NCBI GenBank assembly: GCA_030141605.1
Contig: JAQGDQ010001039.1
Location: 4,296 to 68,295 of the forward strand
Direction of reading: 5' to 3'
Source: Tubiluchus corallicola
Taxonomy: Eukaryota > Animalia > Priapulida
DNA length: 64,000 bases
Shown: positions 23,777-37,530 of the stretch, one piece after another
How the letters are laid out: the number at the start of each line of letters is the position of its first letter
How positions within the stretch are numbered: position 1 is the first letter of the stretch
Translations under genes and position numbers: made by a program
Notes under the pieces: model-generated
Seen by the model: only the letters and a program-made list of their open reading frames with translations
Told to the model about the DNA's origin: nothing
Databases searched by the model: none

Positions 23777-24261
23777 CAGGGGTGTGCCACTTGCGGCCCG
23801 CCGAGAGAATTTGTGCGGCCCGCGAATAGATTTGTCAACCTAATGAAAGTGCGGCCCGGGCGATTAATTGAGTGTATCCAGCTGAAGTCCGTGCCACGAT
23901 CCCAAAGATAGTGTGGGTAGTTTTTTCTACTAGATCGGATGCCATTAACCCTTACAAGACAGTTGTAGCTTAATGTCACTGTACTACACAGACTGTGTGA
24001 TACACATTACTAATATATGCATTGTAATGAAATTACCACTATCTGTCCTGAAAGTAGGAATATATGGTTTGTAATATAAATTATAATAACTTCTAAAATA
24101 GTTTCTTGAGTGTAATAGTAATGATGTGCGCAAATCGGATGCAAAAAAGATCATTATTAGGTCCTACTGTACTTGGCTCCTTGATCAAACTGCCTGTGGC
24201 CCGCAGGAATTGCGGGAAAGTTTAACGTGGCCCGGCTAGTCAGATAATTTGCACACCGCTG
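23777..24261. mobile_element. hAT MITE, co-duplicated copy
   Basis: Same termini, length and target duplication as 2941-3425. Confidence 0.85.
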
Positions 24262-24972
24262 TCCTAGAGCAAAAGCGTTTGTTACGTAGGTTCAACTGAT
24301 GGATCGTTACTGTCTCTGAGAGGCATTTATGACAAATCTTCAAAAGTCTCAGTTGAATTTCATATAAACCATTGATCTTTATTTCTGCAATATTTAAAAA
24401 TTAAAATATAAAAGCACAAGTGACTGAAATTGGCTAATTTTATGAAAAGTTACTTAGTTTAGATGGATTGACAGTTATTTAGTCCATTCAAAAATATCAA
24501 TGAATAAATCAAAATAAAACTTAATAGAAATAAACTTACATCGTTGTGGCATATATCTAATGAAAAATTTCGCTAGCTTGCACAAGATACTACAGAACAG
24601 CACAATGAAAACATAACTGGGTCAATGCCCACACTTTAAACTTTCCAGCTAGATGGAGCCACCTTAGCTACAAAATTGAAATTTATTAAGTCAAGTTCAC
24701 CCTGGCCTTAATAGATATGTCGAAGTAATCATTCATTCACACTGAACTTACTGACAAACGCCATCCGACTTTCTCTCGTTCTTTCTCTATGTGAATCGTT
24801 TATTTGTTTTATTTTGTAAATAGGGTATCAATAAAAAGTTGGCTTAACAATTTTTCCTATTCTCACCTGTTTCCCGGTGTCTAGCAACAGGATAACTGCA
24901 AGACCTTACCTTAACTCATTCTACCCTACACGTCAAACGCAAAGAGAAAGATACAATTCGTTATCTTTTTAA

Positions 24973-25506
24973 AGGAAAACTGGACGATTGTGTAAACATT
25001 AGTTCAGAATAAAGAATGCTCTAAAATATTGAAAACTACAACAGCTTTTTTAAACCAAAGCTTAGATTAAATAATAATTACCTCGAATACCCCAATATTG
25101 TTAAACTTTCAAAGCTACGCGCGGCTCAGTGAATCTACTAAGATTGGCAGCGACGCCTGTTTGTCACATTCGCGCGGCCGACAAATAGAAGGTGGTACCG
25201 TGATAACCATGATCATGTACTAAAGTGTTAGATTTTGACGTCATGTGACGTAGAGCCATTTTCGTGACATTAGGGGTTTAAACAGTAACAGTTACGCAAA
25301 CGTGCTTGACGTGCAAGGAAGATGCCTGTCATTGCACAAACTGTGGTTAGTTTCTGACGTAAGCAATAGCTGTGTTCGGTTGCCGTTCATTAACTTTCTA
25401 AGCTAATTATTCAAATATAAGAAACAATTACTAACTTTTAGAGGAAGAAAATGTGTATTTTGCACCGTAAATTAAAACGAGATCTAAACCATCGTCCGGT
25501 CTACCT
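24973..25506. mobile_element. Kolobok-like MITE, full copy
   Basis: TTAA|AGGAAAACTGGACG ... CGTCCGGTCTACCT|TTAA. Confidence 0.75.
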
Positions 25507-26963
25507 TTAAGAAACTGCAAAACGTTTCAATGATTATTAGTTGCTTTGAGAAATAAGATTTTGGCAAAAGGTTTGAATTTGAATCATGTAAAAACAATGT
25601 GCACACTGGGCTACTGTTTATCTAACACACGAGGAAATAAACACAACAGTTAATTCTTGTTGTTGGTGTCAAGCAATTTAATCTAGCATTCTAAAATTAT
25701 TTGTTTTTTTCGTATTTTTACAAACATGCATTTCCTGAAAGTGTTTAAAACGAAGCCAGCCTTAGTCATGTGACCTAAGCTTTAGTAGTATACGCCACCT
25801 ATCAATCACAGTTGTTCTTACACGTAGTTAGATTTTCTGTTGCCGCTATGCTGATCATGCCGTTTGGTGATACTTGCATTGCTTTGTCTATTTTGTTACA
25901 ATTTAACAGTCACTAGTTGTATTTTCAAGCCAAAGTTGTCACCAGTAAATGTAAGTCGCCATCTACTTTAATAATTAGTTAATAGTTTAAATTGGTTAGA
26001 ATTGCTTCAAAATCTCTAGAATCATAAAGTAATAATTTGTGTTTCAGTCTTCTTAAATCTAACTTTTCATTTTGTCTAAATAGTAATAACCTTTAGCACG
26101 TTCTTAAGCACTTTTTGTGATCTGTTATTTTAATAAATTGCAGGTCTATCGCGCAGTTCAATACTGATTTTTGCCGTTTCTTTGCCTGGACTGGACGCAT
26201 CCACACTTGTAATTCAAAAACTATTACCAGAACAGTCAGCCTTTCTCGTAAAATTACCTGGCATATGGTTTGACTATTGCTGAAGGCAAAGTAAAGCAAA
26301 ACCGCAATAGTACATTTAATGAACGGCTAATATCGACTTCCTATTATATCTAAATAAAGTCGTGTGCATTAGGCTTAATTCGAGCACACATACAGTCCAT
26401 TGTGTTGTTCACAATAGCTCACGTTTACCGACTGATTTTCAGAAAGCCACAGATAACATTACGTGGCGGTTAATGCATTTTTACCTGTGCGCGGATTCAG
26501 AAATTGCGCAAGCCCCTCGAAATTCCGGCGTGGTCGAGAATTTTTTGGATCATCCATTTGATAATGGGGTTTTCACGCGTTAGATTTTAGGCGAATTTCG
26601 ATCCGTTGCAAAGCGAAACGAATTTAATACCGTTTTAGAGAGGCTGCAGTTAGGGATGAGGGAGATACGGAGGAGGCCTGCCTCTTTACATGTTTCTAAT
26701 GATAATCGTAGAAAGGAATTATCTCGAATCACGTGACAACGGGACAAATGTGTCTTCGGGGCTATCGAGTTTCTCTGACGACAAATTACATATGAGTGAT
26801 TGAAAGCCAAGAAAACTGAAAGTTTTTGTAGCACGAATAGAAATGAAACAACCATTTATTTTTCTCAAACATATTATTTGTTCTTTCTATTTTTGCACCT
26901 GATCCCCCTTTACTTTTCGTTTAGTCTTTCTTACTTTAGAATAGATACTTCCATCTATTCTTT

Positions 26964-27018
26964 GTGATGATGATGATCATCAACATCATCATCATCATCA
27001 TCGTCATCATCGTCGTCG

Positions 27019-27061
<43 letters not shown>

Positions 27062-27181
27062 GGTGATGGTGATGGTGATGGTGATGATGATGATGATGAT
27101 GATTATAACAATAACAACAATAACAACAACAACAATAACAACAACAAGAACACCAACACCACCACCACCACCAAAACCACC

Positions 27182-27219
<38 letters not shown>

Positions 27220-27350
27220 CAACAGCAACAATAACAACAACGAGAACAACAACAAACAATAACAACAACAACAACAACACCACCACCAACAACAACAACA
27301 CCAACAACAACACCAACACCACCACCACCACCAACGACAACGACAGTAAT
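26964..27350. repeat. Compound trinucleotide microsatellite (GAT/CAT/CGT/CAA/CAC)
   Basis: Direct reading. Confidence 0.95.
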
Positions 27351-28546
27351 AATAGGTTTTTGTCCACAGAGAATCTCAATGGTATTTTACAAGTACCACC
27401 CCCCCCCGCAGCAGCAGCAGTGACAGTTAATTCAGATAAATTTGTTGTCTGATAAACCATGAATTATCGTAATATTCAACAAACGCTTCTGCACCTAGAC
27501 AATTGCCATTTTTTCCCAAATGCAAAAAGCCATATTTATAGTCGAATGAGATGATGCTAACGTCATTTCTAAACGTGCTATTCTAAAGTGCAATTTTAGT
27601 CATTAAATTACGTTATTTAATACTGTCTCTTTTTTTACTTTAATAAATGCGCGGACCATTACGGAAATATTGTTCACGTGCAATTTTAATGTATTCATGT
27701 AAAAATGGAATTTATATCTGTCGATTTATGATGGCATGTGTCTGTTTGCCGAAACGTCAGTAGAATGTCATAACAATTCATGGTTTAAAAGCCAATAAAT
27801 TCTTTTCCCTGGTTCATTCCCGGGTTTCGGCACCAAGCTCGATGTCGTGACGCTAAAGTTGTCGCTGGGGTGTTTTGGGGAGAGCCAACAACCGACATTG
27901 GCAGGTTTAACAGACTGTTTTTGTAGTTGCGATGTTAAACAGATGAAATCACTGGATGAAAACATGGTTTAACTTTGCGATCTGTATTTTACTCAAAATC
28001 ATAGTCTCATAGTCAATCCACATATACACGAAAATGGTAAACATAATCAACAGTAGTAAACAAAAGTTAAAGTAAATCCATCTGCCAATATATCATGGCA
28101 CCTGAGTCAAAACGTTATTATAACCACACTACTGTTTACGCCTATTGCCTGTCCTCTAATCTTGCTACCAAGTGTAAAAAACTACTACATTCACATAGAA
28201 GCCCAGTAACCCAGTTCCATACAAACATGTAGCAGTAGCAAGTACATACATATATTGGAAACTTCCAAGTGTACAAACAGATGTCAGCACTGACTTGGTG
28301 GTAATAAAAAACTAAAGTTTAAAACTACAAATCAAAATTAATAATAAACTGTAAATTAAATGCTCGCATCTGCGATAGTGGCCAGGACACGATCTCATGG
28401 GACCCCTGGGCTAATGAAGTTATGGGCCCCTCAGACGGTGCCACCCTTTAACCAACACCCGTCTTGAATACCTTTTTACTCTTGATATATTTAATTTTAT
28501 TTTTACATATATACATGTAATAAAAACATTACATTACAACAACAAA

Positions 28547-28887
28547 TGCTTGGCATCCTTCTGTCTTGGAAGACAATGGAGTGTGCGCCAAGAGAGTCAG
28601 TTATTGATCACATTGATGGAGCTGCAGCGTCGACTGTGGCTGAGCAGTGCGATCCTTGAACGTCTCCAGGGTGCACGCCTGTGCAAGGTGTATGGAGATC
28701 CTGAGTTGCCCAGACAATAGGAACCCCCTGTCTTCCTCGCTGGTGTAGTCCAAAGGAAAGCGGAGTGATACGTTTGGCACCAGGTTGGCTGCAGGAGCTG
28801 CCGGAGTCAGTGAGCATGCTGCACTGGTCCGCCTTCGGGGCTCCACTCCTGATTTGAAAGGTTTACTCCTGGCCGTTGGGTCACTTG

Positions 28888-28888
<1 letters not shown>
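28547..28888 (-). mobile_element. 5S-SINE family copy, 5'-truncated (no 5S head)
   Basis: Matches the body and 3' end of 45093-45656. Confidence 0.85.
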
Positions 28889-29212
<324 letters not shown>

Positions 29213-29776
29213 TCTTTAAGAAATAGCACTACATTACAATTTATTGCAAACAAAATTAGCACATATTTCAACACAACCATAGTGAAAAAAACAGATGTTT
29301 TACCAAATGTTACCAAAACATGAGGATCCTTCAAGCCTGAGGGGCCTAGGCTGCAGCCTATGCTAGCCCGTAGGATTACTCGGCACTAGTTGTGGGCGTG
29401 TGGGTGTTTATAATAGTATCAGTGCATAATAATATCAGGGTCCATAGTACCCCACCGGGTAGATTCAGGATTAAATAGTTACTGCTTTTATGTTGCTCAA
29501 ACAACAACAATAACATTTGCTCCGCGTTTCCTGCACATATTAAACAGTTTGCTTTGCGTTATGAACGTTTCCTTATAGATCGGTGTAAATAGACGCCATT
29601 GTCACATAATTATAGGCGAATCGATGACAGCAAATAGGACCGACTGCTTCCACGCGGCAACGAGGGACGTGATGCGGGTGCTGGTGAAATGCGTTTGTGC
29701 GTGCGCTGGCGTACGCCCACCTTAATTGCGCGCCGACGTTGACGTGCAAGAGAGTGTAACAGGTGGGGTGCAGGCT

Positions 29777-30195
29777 GGAATACAGGTAAAAAAGTCACAG
29801 TTAAAAAGACACAGGTAAAAAAGTCACAGGGGAAAACGTAACAGTGAAAAAGTCACAGGTGAAAAAGTCACAGGTAAAAACGTCACAGGGGAAAAAGTTA
29901 CAGTGAAAAAGTCACAGGTAAAAAAGTCACAGGTAAAAAAGTCACAGGGGAAAAAGTTACAGTGAAAAAGTCACAGGTAAAAAAGTCACATAAAAGGGAA
30001 AAAGTCACAGGTAAAAAAGTCACAGTAAAAAAGTCACTGGTAAAAAAGTCACAGGTAAAAAAGTCACAGGTAAAAAAGTCACAGGGGAAAAAGTCACAGG
30101 TAAACAAGTCACAGTAAAAAAGTCACAGGTAAAAAAGGCCCAGGGGAAAAAGTCACATTAAAAAAGACATAACCCTAACCCTAACCCTGACCCTG
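29777..30195 (+). repeat. 14-15-bp minisatellite (GTCACAGGTAAAAAA) followed by (TAACCC)n
   Basis: Array 29777-30168; TAACCCTAACCCTAACCCTGACCCTGA at ~30170-30196. Confidence 0.9.
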
Positions 30196-30589
30196 ATGCT
30201 AGCCATAACTTTAGACGGGCACTAGCGCCTGCATTTTGGAAATGCATTGCACAAAAAACAGGTGCTGTACCTCTCTGTTCAGACGTGTTAGTTTGTGACG
30301 AAACTGCAAAATGAATATTGTTTTAACTTTGAGTTATTTTGTACGTATTTCTCTGTCTGCACCATGCGTGTGTTGGCGCCGTCTCGTGGTGAGTCTCGAA
30401 AGCTCACGCTCCTACTCGCCTCGAGACTGATTTGTACAATTTCCAAATCGTTTGTGTTTTATTATTGCATTGTTATTATCATTATGTAAATAGTTTAATG
30501 TTTGGTGTTGCAAATCAAACGAATAAAAAACTATTGAATTTGAATTTGGTTGCAAGAATTTAATGCATTTGCTTTTAATTTTGACATCT

Positions 30590-30753
30590 AGAACATTCAG
30601 CAATGTAATATCAATTTCTTCGGCATACTCATCGCATATTAGAAGCATTCTTTGTAAAGTTCTTACACTCGGTGCCAATAGAGTTAAATCGTCTGCGCAG
30701 CTTATGGAACAAACATAGGTACCGACCCTGCGACCATAACCTGATTCTTTCAA
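30590..30753 (-). mobile_element. LINE reverse-transcriptase fragment
   Basis: SISCADDLTLLAPSVRTLQRMLLICDEYAEE resembles the YADD catalytic region of non-LTR RTs. Confidence 0.8.
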
Positions 30754-31059
30754 CTTTGTTCACAGACCTTATATATATAATCCTTATTTGCCATAAAAAT
30801 CGATATTCATAGCTATAAAAGCATAAAAGAACATCGCAGCATGAGAATAAAATTCACACAACTGTTAAAGGCAAATGCGTCCAGTGCAAACTAAAAACTA
30901 CTCTACTGTGCCAAAAATTTAAAACAAAATATACATTATAAAGTTACACGCAAATTATAATAGACTATATACAATATATACATATAATTTAAAATGGACG
31001 TGGGTAAATAAAATTTGCAGATGAATATATATTATCGTTTACGTATGTTGGGTTTGCAA

Positions 31060-31330
31060 AACGATTTAATGTATATATTTTTAATTTTGATTTGAATTCG
31101 TCGAAAGAGTTGATTTGCTTTAAATTTGGTTGCAGGGTATTCCAAAGTTGAACTCCTTAGTGTTGATCGAATAACGTGGGAGACAGAACTGCACCTTGTT
31201 TAACTCCATTTGTGACAGTGTGGGCTTTCGAAGTTGTCCCGTTTCATAAAATGTTCATATGTTTTTTTAAATAAACACTGGCAAGAGAGATAGCTGATTA
31301 TGTTGTGAAATTAGAACAAATTTCGTTTCT
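31060..31330 (-). mobile_element. CR1/L2-group LINE 3' end remnant
   Basis: Minus strand translates GVQLWNTLQPNLKQINSFDEFKSKLK, resembling the WN.LP...S...FK..LK terminal motif of ORF2. Confidence 0.65.
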
Positions 31331-31889
31331 TTGCCTGTTAACAGATGGCGCGGCAAAGTCAGCAGACTGCTCAAGTGACCAGTAAAGAAATTGTTTGACT
31401 GTCTCTTCATTTGCAGTCGACCAACTAAACGCTGTTCTTCAGGTCAATAATCTTTGAAACAGTCAGTTAAATCACATCAAATTATTAATCACAAGTTTTT
31501 GATGGTTACCTAGGTTACAGGAAGCAGAAATTAGGAACTAACAATTTTAAACTTAAATACTCCCACTAGATGGCGCTTGCGAGAGGTTGGCCTTGGCGTA
31601 GATAAACAAATACCCGTGGAGTTTTTATATGCGTTGCGGTTGCAGAAAGTTGGTTGCTTTTTTCTTACTAATGATCGTTTCTCCATTATGATGAATGCTT
31701 AGGCGTACGTCATCATCACAGATGTTGTACAGTCAATTTGAAAAAATAATTTAGCTATTTTTATTGACCACCAGCAATCCCAATCTAAGAAAGGATGCAA
31801 ATACTCTAAAGCTGAAATGTTCACAAATATGAGTTTATTGTCTGTAAGAAAACATCTTTACCGTCTAGCAACTTGCCCAAGATCTATTA

Positions 31890-32098
31890 TAGGTTTTACA
31901 TGTCAAATGTAGACACAGGAAAGTTCAAATGTGACTTAGGTAAGTCAAATGTAGACATAGGAATTTCGAATGTCTTACCAAAAGCGCTCAAGATTTGTTG
32001 AAAACCATTGTTAACACATTTGAACTAGCGAGACAACTTTGAATTATCTAAATCTACATTTGAGTTAACGCAGGTCTACATTTGACATGTAAAACCTA
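31890..32098. mobile_element. Short MITE of the AGGTTTTACA family
   Basis: Perfect TIR TAGGTTTTACATGTCAAATGTAGAC / GTCTACATTTGACATGTAAAACCTA. Confidence 0.85.
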
Positions 32099-32825
32099 TA
32101 TAATGGTAGCTTAAACAATAAACAGAGATTGCTACCACAACTTTTACTTCTAATTTCAGTTCAGTAAATGAACTATTTCTTCTTTTGTTGCTCTAAATAT
32201 TGTGGGCATTTTGAGCGTCTGGCCTTTATTAGGTTTTGGTACACGCGTCTGGCACTCCACTGTTTCCCATGTCTGCAGGCAAAATTTTCTCCTGTGATGC
32301 AATTGTTAAGTTTGGTCTCAAATGTTGTTAATCTTTATTAATTTTTGATATCCAAGTTGGTTTTGGTTTATCTGGAACTCATTTAACAGGTTTCAGTGCC
32401 TCGTTCAATGTTAATCTTACTGGTGTTGTTCGAACAATTTCATTAAGTGGTTTATCCATCTTAGCTTTGTGATTCTAGTGCTCCAAAGTTCCTCTTCGGT
32501 TCTGTTATACAGCTGCTTATTTAAAATGATATATGATCATTTTATTTTTAAGATTTTTCTACGTAGATTTCTGTGGAACAGAAATTAGCTATTTAAAAAC
32601 TTTCATTCGTTTTCGTTTCAAAGAAAATCTGTCTACCTACCTTGGCTACTATTATTTGTTTAAGTTCTTTATAAATACAATGCAGATATGAATGTGTCAA
32701 TGGATGATTTTTATTGAAATGTAAATATTGCAGTCGATAATTACACCGAGAAGGTTTCCTGTAATGTGTGTCAGACTGGGTGTCTGTTCTGTTCTGTTGT
32801 GTTTTGCTCTGTTTTTCTTTGTTTT

Positions 32826-33560
32826 GTTCTATTCTATTCTATTCTATTCTATTCTATTCTATTCTATTCTATTCTATTCTATTCTATTCTATTCTATTCT
32901 ATTCTATTCTATTCTATTCCATTCCACTCTATTATTCTATTCTATTCTATTCTATTCTATTCTATTCTATTCTATTCTATTCTATTCTATTCTATTCTAT
33001 TCTATTCTATTCTATTCTATTCTATTCTGTTCTGTTCCGTTCCGTTCCGTTCCGTTCCGTTCCATTCCATTCCATTCCATTCCATTCCATTCCATTCCAT
33101 TCCATTCCATTCCATTCCATTCATTCTATTCTATTCTGTTCTGTTCTGTTCTATTCTATTCTATTCTATTCTATTCTATTCTATTCTATTCTATTCTATT
33201 CTATTCTATTCTATTCTATTCTATTCTATTCTATTCTATTCTATTCTATTCTATCCCGTTCTATTCTATTCTATTCTATTCTATTCTATTCTATTCTATT
33301 CTATTCTATTCTATTCTATTCTATTCTATTCCGTTCCGTTCCGTTCCGTTCCATTCCATTCCATTCCATTCTGCTCTATTCTATTCTATTCTGTTCTATT
33401 CTATTCTATTCTATTCTATTCTATTCTATCCCGTTCTATTCCATTCTATCCCGTTCTATTCTATTCTATTCTATTCTATTCTATTCTATTCTATTCTATT
33501 CTATTCTATTCTATTCTATTCTATTCTATTCTATTCCATTCTATTCTACTCTATTCTATT
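32826..33560. repeat. (TTCTA)n pentanucleotide array with TTCCA/TTCCG/TTCTG variants
   Basis: Direct reading. Confidence 0.95.
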
Positions 33561-33610
33561 ATAAACTATTTTCAATGCACTACTTTTGAGTGCAGAATAG
33601 ATGCTACGAT

Positions 33611-34090
33611 GACGTCCGTAACTTCCGGGAAGCGTTGTAGTGTCCCGTCTTTGCAACATGGACCAGCTCAAAGTCACACTATCCCCGTGTGACGTCCGTA
33701 ACTTCCGGGAAGCGTTGTAGTGTCCCGTCTTTGCAACATGGACCAGCTCAAAGTCACACTATCCCCGTGTGACGTCCGTAACTTCCGGGAAGCTTTGTAG
33801 TGTCCCGTCTTTGCAACATGGACCAGCTCAAAGTCACACTATCCCCGTGTGACGTCCGTAACTTCCGGGAAGCGCTGTAGTGTCCCGTCTTTGCAACATG
33901 GACCAGCTCAAAGTCACACTATCCCCGTGTGACGTCCGTAACTTCCGGGAAGCGTTGTAGTGTCCCGTCTTTGCAACATGGACCAGCTCAAAGTCACACT
34001 ATCCCCGTGTGACGTCCGTAACTTCCGGGAAACGTTGTAGTGTCCCGTCTTTGCAACATGGACCAGCTCAAAGTCACACTATCCCCGTGT
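33611..34090. repeat. 80-bp tandem repeat x6, near-identical, GC-richer than flanks
   Basis: GACGTCCGTAACTTCCGGGAA at 33611, 33691, 33771, 33851, 33931, 34011. Confidence 0.95.
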
Positions 34091-34649
34091 TCTCAATGAA
34101 ACGAGAGAAGTATGTTTGGGCGAAACATTTCGGAAAATTTTCTGGAACCTTTTACTTTGTAAATAAACCAGCAAGACATTCGTTTGCTGCTGCGTATTAC
34201 GAGTGGCATTCAATTCCCAGCGACAACGGAATCTGGGTCAGTGTCACGGTGACGTCACTTCCGTTAGGTTAGATTCCGTTTCCTAATGTTAACTGCACTT
34301 ACTGGCTTCTCGCAATTTTCCGTTGAACGATTTCAGTTAGTAATCAAATGAAAAACAAGCAAATCTGACGTAATCAAAGCAGTCAAAACGTAGAGCAAAG
34401 CAATAAAGGAATCAACCAGTTTACATCATGGCGCTCACCATAGAAAGCAAAGCACGGATATAGATTTGTTATCAACAAAAAATGGGACTGAATCCTTTTG
34501 GGCTGCCGCATCCGGAATTCCTTTAAAGGAAAACATTTTATACACATACAGCATATTGAAAATGTAAAATGCACAATCAATGAAATGATGATGATGATGA
34601 TAATGATGATGATGATAAATCCTAATTTGCACAATATACATATATATAT

Positions 34650-35140
34650 GTAGTATAGTATAGTATAGTATAGTATAGTATAGTATAGTATAGTATAGTA
34701 TAGTATAGTATAGTATAGTATAGTATAGTATAGTATAGTATAGTATAGTATAGTATAGTATAGCATAGCAAAACATAGCATAGTATAGTATAGCATAGTA
34801 TAGTATAGCATAGTATGTATAGTATAGTATGTACAGTATAGTGTGGTGTGGTGTAGTGTAGTGTAGTGTAGTGTAGTGTAGTGTAGTGTAGTGTAGTGTA
34901 GTGTAGTGTAGTGTAGTGTAGTGTAGTGCAGTGCAGTGCAGTGCAGTGCAGTGCAGTTACAGTTACAGTGCAGTGCAGTGCAGTACAGTACAGTACAGTA
35001 CAGTACAGTACAGTACAGTACAGTACAGTACAGTACAGTACAGTACAGTACAGTACAGTACAGTACAGTACAGTACAGTACAGTACAGTACAGTACAGTA
35101 CAGTACAGTACAGTACAGTACAGTACAGTATAGTATAGTA
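34650..35140. repeat. Compound pentanucleotide array TAGTA/TAGCA/TAGTG/CAGTG/CAGTA
   Basis: Direct reading. Confidence 0.95.
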
Positions 35141-35497
35141 TATATGTGGTCCTGTTGTCCTTAATTCAGGTACCACAAACTTGCTTATAAAACATTTTAG
35201 CAATAATTTAGAACATCTGTAATTAAGGTCCACAATAACAGAATTCGTTCACTAGGGTTGACTATTATTAACTTCGTTCAATAATAACAGTATTATTTAG
35301 ATTACACTATTAGGAAAGTATTAAAAAGGACAAACTTTTCTATATGCACGCTTACTATTATATAAAAACTAGGACTATTGTTAAAAGTTACGATAAATTC
35401 AGGACAAGTTTTGCCTGAGTTATACATATATTTATACATACATACGTGGGCGTAAGCTAAAATTTATCTTACATTTCTTCTCCTTCTTCTTCTTCTT

Positions 35498-35580
<83 letters not shown>

Positions 35581-35849
35581 ATATCTTAAGTTTATAATAA
35601 GTATCAAAATCCATGAAAGAGAAAGCGAGAGAACTAAATTAGACTTGTCTGGATGACATTTTAACGAATCCTATTATAAACGCATGACGGAACAAATTAC
35701 AAATAAAATAATGTCAATAAATTGCAAGTAATTACCATATTACAATGTTATTACACCCATAATAAACTAACAGCACCAATGTTACAAATTACATTATACA
35801 AGTAGATTTGTAGACAAAAATACTTTAATTGGACTTAGTTTGCTGCCTT

Positions 35850-36210
35850 GACATAGACATAGACACTAGACACAGACATAGACATAGACATAGACATAGA
35901 CATAGACATAGACATAGACATAGACATAGACATAGACATAGACATAGACATAGACATAGACATAGACATAGACATAGACATAGACATAGACATAGACATA
36001 GACATAGACATAGACATAGACAGACATGGACATGGACATGGACATGGACATGGACATGGACATGGACATGGACATGGACATAGACATAGACATAGACATA
36101 GACATAGACATAGACATAGACATAGACATAGACATAGACATAGACATAGACATAGACATAGACATAGACATAGACATAGACATAGACATAGACATTGACA
36201 TAGACATAGA
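35850..36210. repeat. (GACATA)n/(GACATG)n hexanucleotide array
   Basis: Direct reading. Confidence 0.95.
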
Positions 36211-36927
36211 ACATTTATTGTCTCCAATTAGTTTAACATCAAAAGTTTTTTAAATATCAAGTAATTATAATCATGGAGCAGGGCAGGGAAGGACCATAGG
36301 GTCATCTAGTCTCCTGCCCTTTCTTATAAATAGATTAGTATATTAAAAATTAACGGTGATGCTGCAGATAACAAAAACAAAAACAAATAAGAAAATAATA
36401 ATAATAAAAACATTATAAATGATACAAATTATCCAAAAAGAACTGAAAACAAAAGATAATAAAGTTAGATAACTAAATCTAAACAAAACAATACAATTAT
36501 TCAGTAATTAGGATTATTATATGTAGTAGTTTCAAATGGGGTTTTATTAAATTTGAAATTTGACCAAGGTTAGTGAGTAGTTAAAAACTGAAAGAAAAAA
36601 ATAAGCATAAAAAAGTGTAATGTAGAAAAATATATGAGAAAAAGTAAGTATGAGAAAGAGCAACAATTACTTAGGAGATGAGGGAATCGTCTTTCCGATT
36701 GACAATTTTTGTACATTATTCTACATAAAGCTAGTAAGAAGTATTCCATGTATAGCAGGAACGCAAACTTTTGTAGCTTAGTTGTAATGAATAACTTTAA
36801 AGCCAAGTGAATCATTAAGAGCGTTGGCAGGAAGTAGATCCTTGGGGAAAACCTGTCTGGCGCGTGAAATGGTTGAAACAGCTTTTTCCCATGTTATAAC
36901 AGTTGCTAACATGTTGTAACAAGTTCT

Positions 36928-37530
36928 TACATGTTTTAGAAAGTACCTATATAGTACAAAACGGTGCACAGATATATAAAAAAGTTAGTACTGACATTTA
37001 TGACTGTAACTCAGTATGACGTCTATCACATTTGTTGTAGTAGTTCAATTCTAACATGTTTTAGAGAGTACTTATATAGTACAAAACGGTGCACAGATAA
37101 ATAAAAAAATTAGTACTGACATTTATGACAGCAACTCAGTATGACGTCTATTACATTTGTTGTAGTAGTTCAATTCTAACATGTTTTAGAGAGTACTTAT
37201 ATAGTACAAAACGGTGCACAGATATATAAAAAAGTTAGTACTGACATTTATGACAGCAACTCAGTATGACGTCTATCACATTTGTTGTAGTAGTTCAATT
37301 CTAACATGTTTTAGAGAGAACTTATATAGTACAAAACGGTGCACAGATATATAAAAAAGTTAGTACTGACATTTATGACAGCAACTCAGTATGACGTCTA
37401 TCACATTTGTTATAGTAGTTCAATTCTAACATGTTTTAGAGAGTACTTATATAGTACAAAACGGTGCACAGATATATAAAAAAGTTAGTACTAAGATTTA
37501 TGACTGTAACTCAATATGACGTCTGACACG
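36928..37530. repeat. 125-bp tandem repeat, ~5 units
   Basis: TAGTACAAAACGGTGCACAGATA at 36952, 37077, 37202, 37327, 37452. Confidence 0.95.

Larger units (their letters stand above)
20715..25327 (+). repeat. Segmental duplication of 1-4490
   Basis: Colinear high identity, including the ORF, the same hAT MITE insertion and the Kolobok-like MITE start. Confidence 0.95.

Noticed and set aside
30170-30196. Interstitial telomere
   Set aside because: Only about four hexamers, attached to a dispersed minisatellite element.
32728-33692. Long ORFs in microsatellites (also at 26.9, 28.8, 34-36, 38.6, 48-49, 56 and 60-62 kb)
   Set aside because: Translations of simple repeats with no coding evidence.
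33611-34090. CRISPR-like array
   Set aside because: Units are contiguous with no unique spacers, no cas genes are present, and the context is eukaryotic.
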